Shown piece by piece: positions 35,714 through 37,804 of a stretch of 37,804 nucleotides of DNA; positions within the stretch are counted from its first letter, which is position 1, and the number at the start of each line of letters is the position of its first letter. Origin of the DNA: an uncultured Desulfobulbia bacterium (lineage in GTDB: Bacteria > Desulfobacterota > Desulfobulbia > Desulfobulbales > VMSU01); NCBI GenBank assembly GCA_964608155.1, contig CAZSOB010000002.1:1-37804 (forward strand), given 5' to 3'. The translations under genes were made by a program, and so were the position numbers. The notes under the pieces are model-generated. The model was not told the DNA's origin and did not search any database. It worked only from the letters and a program-made list of their open reading frames with translations.

Positions 35714-36064
35714 TCAGCCGCCGCTGGGGGCGCAAACCTCTTTGGACTTAATCGAATTAGCCGAACCCATTATATAAGGCCGGGCAACCTTCACCCGTAT
35801 ATTATCCGCAATCTCCAGGGTAACCACGGTATCGGTGAGACCGGTAATCACTCCGTGCAGACCGCCCTGGGTGACCACGGCAGTGCCCTTTTGTAAATTA
35901 CTTAAAAAAGTCTGCTGCTCCTTGGCCTTCTTTTGCTGAGGCCGGATAAGCAGGAAATAAAATACCGCGAAAATCAAGATCAGCGGTACAAACGACATAA
36001 AGCTCTGACCAAAACCGCCCCCCGCTGCGTTGCCAGCGGCGTGGGCAATATTTACTCCCAACAT
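35714..36064 (-). CDS. yajC: Preprotein translocase subunit YajC
   Basis: FYFLLIRPQQKKAK, LQKG..VVTQGGLHG; follows tgt. Confidence 0.96.
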   Translation of the reverse strand: MLGVNIAHAAGNAAGGGFGQSFMSFVPLILIFAVFYFLLIRPQQKKAKEQQTFLSNLQKGTAVVTQGGLHGVITGLTDTVVTLEIADNIRVKVARPYIMGSANSIKSKEVCAPSGG

Positions 36065-36076
36065 GATACTTCTCCT

Positions 36077-37273
<1,197 letters not shown>

Positions 37274-37382
37274 TTACAAGATCAGGCTATTTATTATTTG
37301 CAAAAAAATAAATTTCATGTAATGAATGGTTATTCATTTTTGGCCATAATGATACAAAATAACTAACAAAAAGGAGAATAAA

Positions 37383-37804
37383 ATGAAAAAAACTTTTCTG
37401 TTGATGAGCGGCGCGCTGTTGTTATCCGCCACCACCGCCCTGGCCGGAGGACACTGGAGCTACAGCGGTCACAGCGGGCCAGAGCACTGGGCCGAATTAA
37501 ATCCGGCATTTTCCGCCTGCGGCAGCGGCGTAAACCAGTCTCCGGTAAACCTGACCAATATGGTGGAGGCCCAGTTATCGCCCATAACTGTCAATTATCA
37601 AAAAAGCCCGATGACGGTTCTGAATAACGGCCATACCATCGAAGTTAAATACCAGAGCGGCAGTACCCTCACAGTTGACGGCCACCCCTATACCCTGAAA
37701 CAGTTCCATTTCCATACCCCGAGTGAGAATGAGATCAACGGTAAATCTTTCCCCCTTGAGGCCCATCTCGTTCATGCCGACGCCCATGGCAATCTGGCGG
37801 TGGT
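37383..37804 (+). CDS. Periplasmic alpha-class carbonic anhydrase (partial, runs off window)
   Basis: Manual translation from ATG 37383 (AGGAG RBS): signal peptide, HWSYSG..GPEHW, NQSPVNL, NNGHT, QFHFHTPSE, EAHLVH. Missing from the ORF track because there is no stop in the window. Confidence 0.93.
   Translation, partial: MKKTFLLMSGALLLSATTALAGGHWSYSGHSGPEHWAELNPAFSACGSGVNQSPVNLTNMVEAQLSPITVNYQKSPMTVLNNGHTIEVKYQSGSTLTVDGHPYTLKQFHFHTPSENEINGKSFPLEAHLVHADAHGNLAV

Noticed and set aside
35531-35896. 121-aa plus-strand ORF
   Set aside because: Antisense to tRNA-Arg and yajC.
37575-37787. 70-aa minus-strand ORF
   Set aside because: Antisense to the carbonic anhydrase CDS.

Overview
Bacterial window, most likely from a deltaproteobacterium (Desulfobacterota-like; this is an inference from gene content). 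About 31 kb (4134-35213, minus strand) is one complete type VI secretion locus lying just downstream of tRNA-Arg(ACG). Its order is: 704-aa Cys-rich kinase-like protein, stand-alone TagH-C-like protein, tssJ-K-L-M, tagF, impE/tagJ, tssA-B-C, hcp, tssE-F-G-H, an orphan effector candidate, vgrG, a cargo block (TTR-like protein, LysM/PG-binding protein, HExxH metallopeptidase, HEAT protein, hypothetical), DUF4280 PAAR-like, and a tandem-FHA protein. Left of the locus are a stand-alone MshEN-like c-di-GMP receptor, a PP2C phosphatase and two LysM lipoproteins. Right of the tRNA are yajC, tgt and a partial alpha-carbonic anhydrase. Four observations stand out. (1) The T6SS threonine-phosphorylation module appears rearranged: TagH is split, and a Zn-finger pseudokinase-like protein carries repeated T-x-x-hydrophobic tails. 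(2) The orphan effector candidate has four PxxPSR (SH3-ligand-like) repeats, no immunity gene and a degenerate 59-bp attC downstream. (3) Three copies of a structured GTAAC-ended MITE each have a perfect 8-bp target duplication and show compensatory base changes. (4) Three consecutive VgrG-linked proteins share a TTR-like motif. All calls come from motif recognition by eye; no searches were run.
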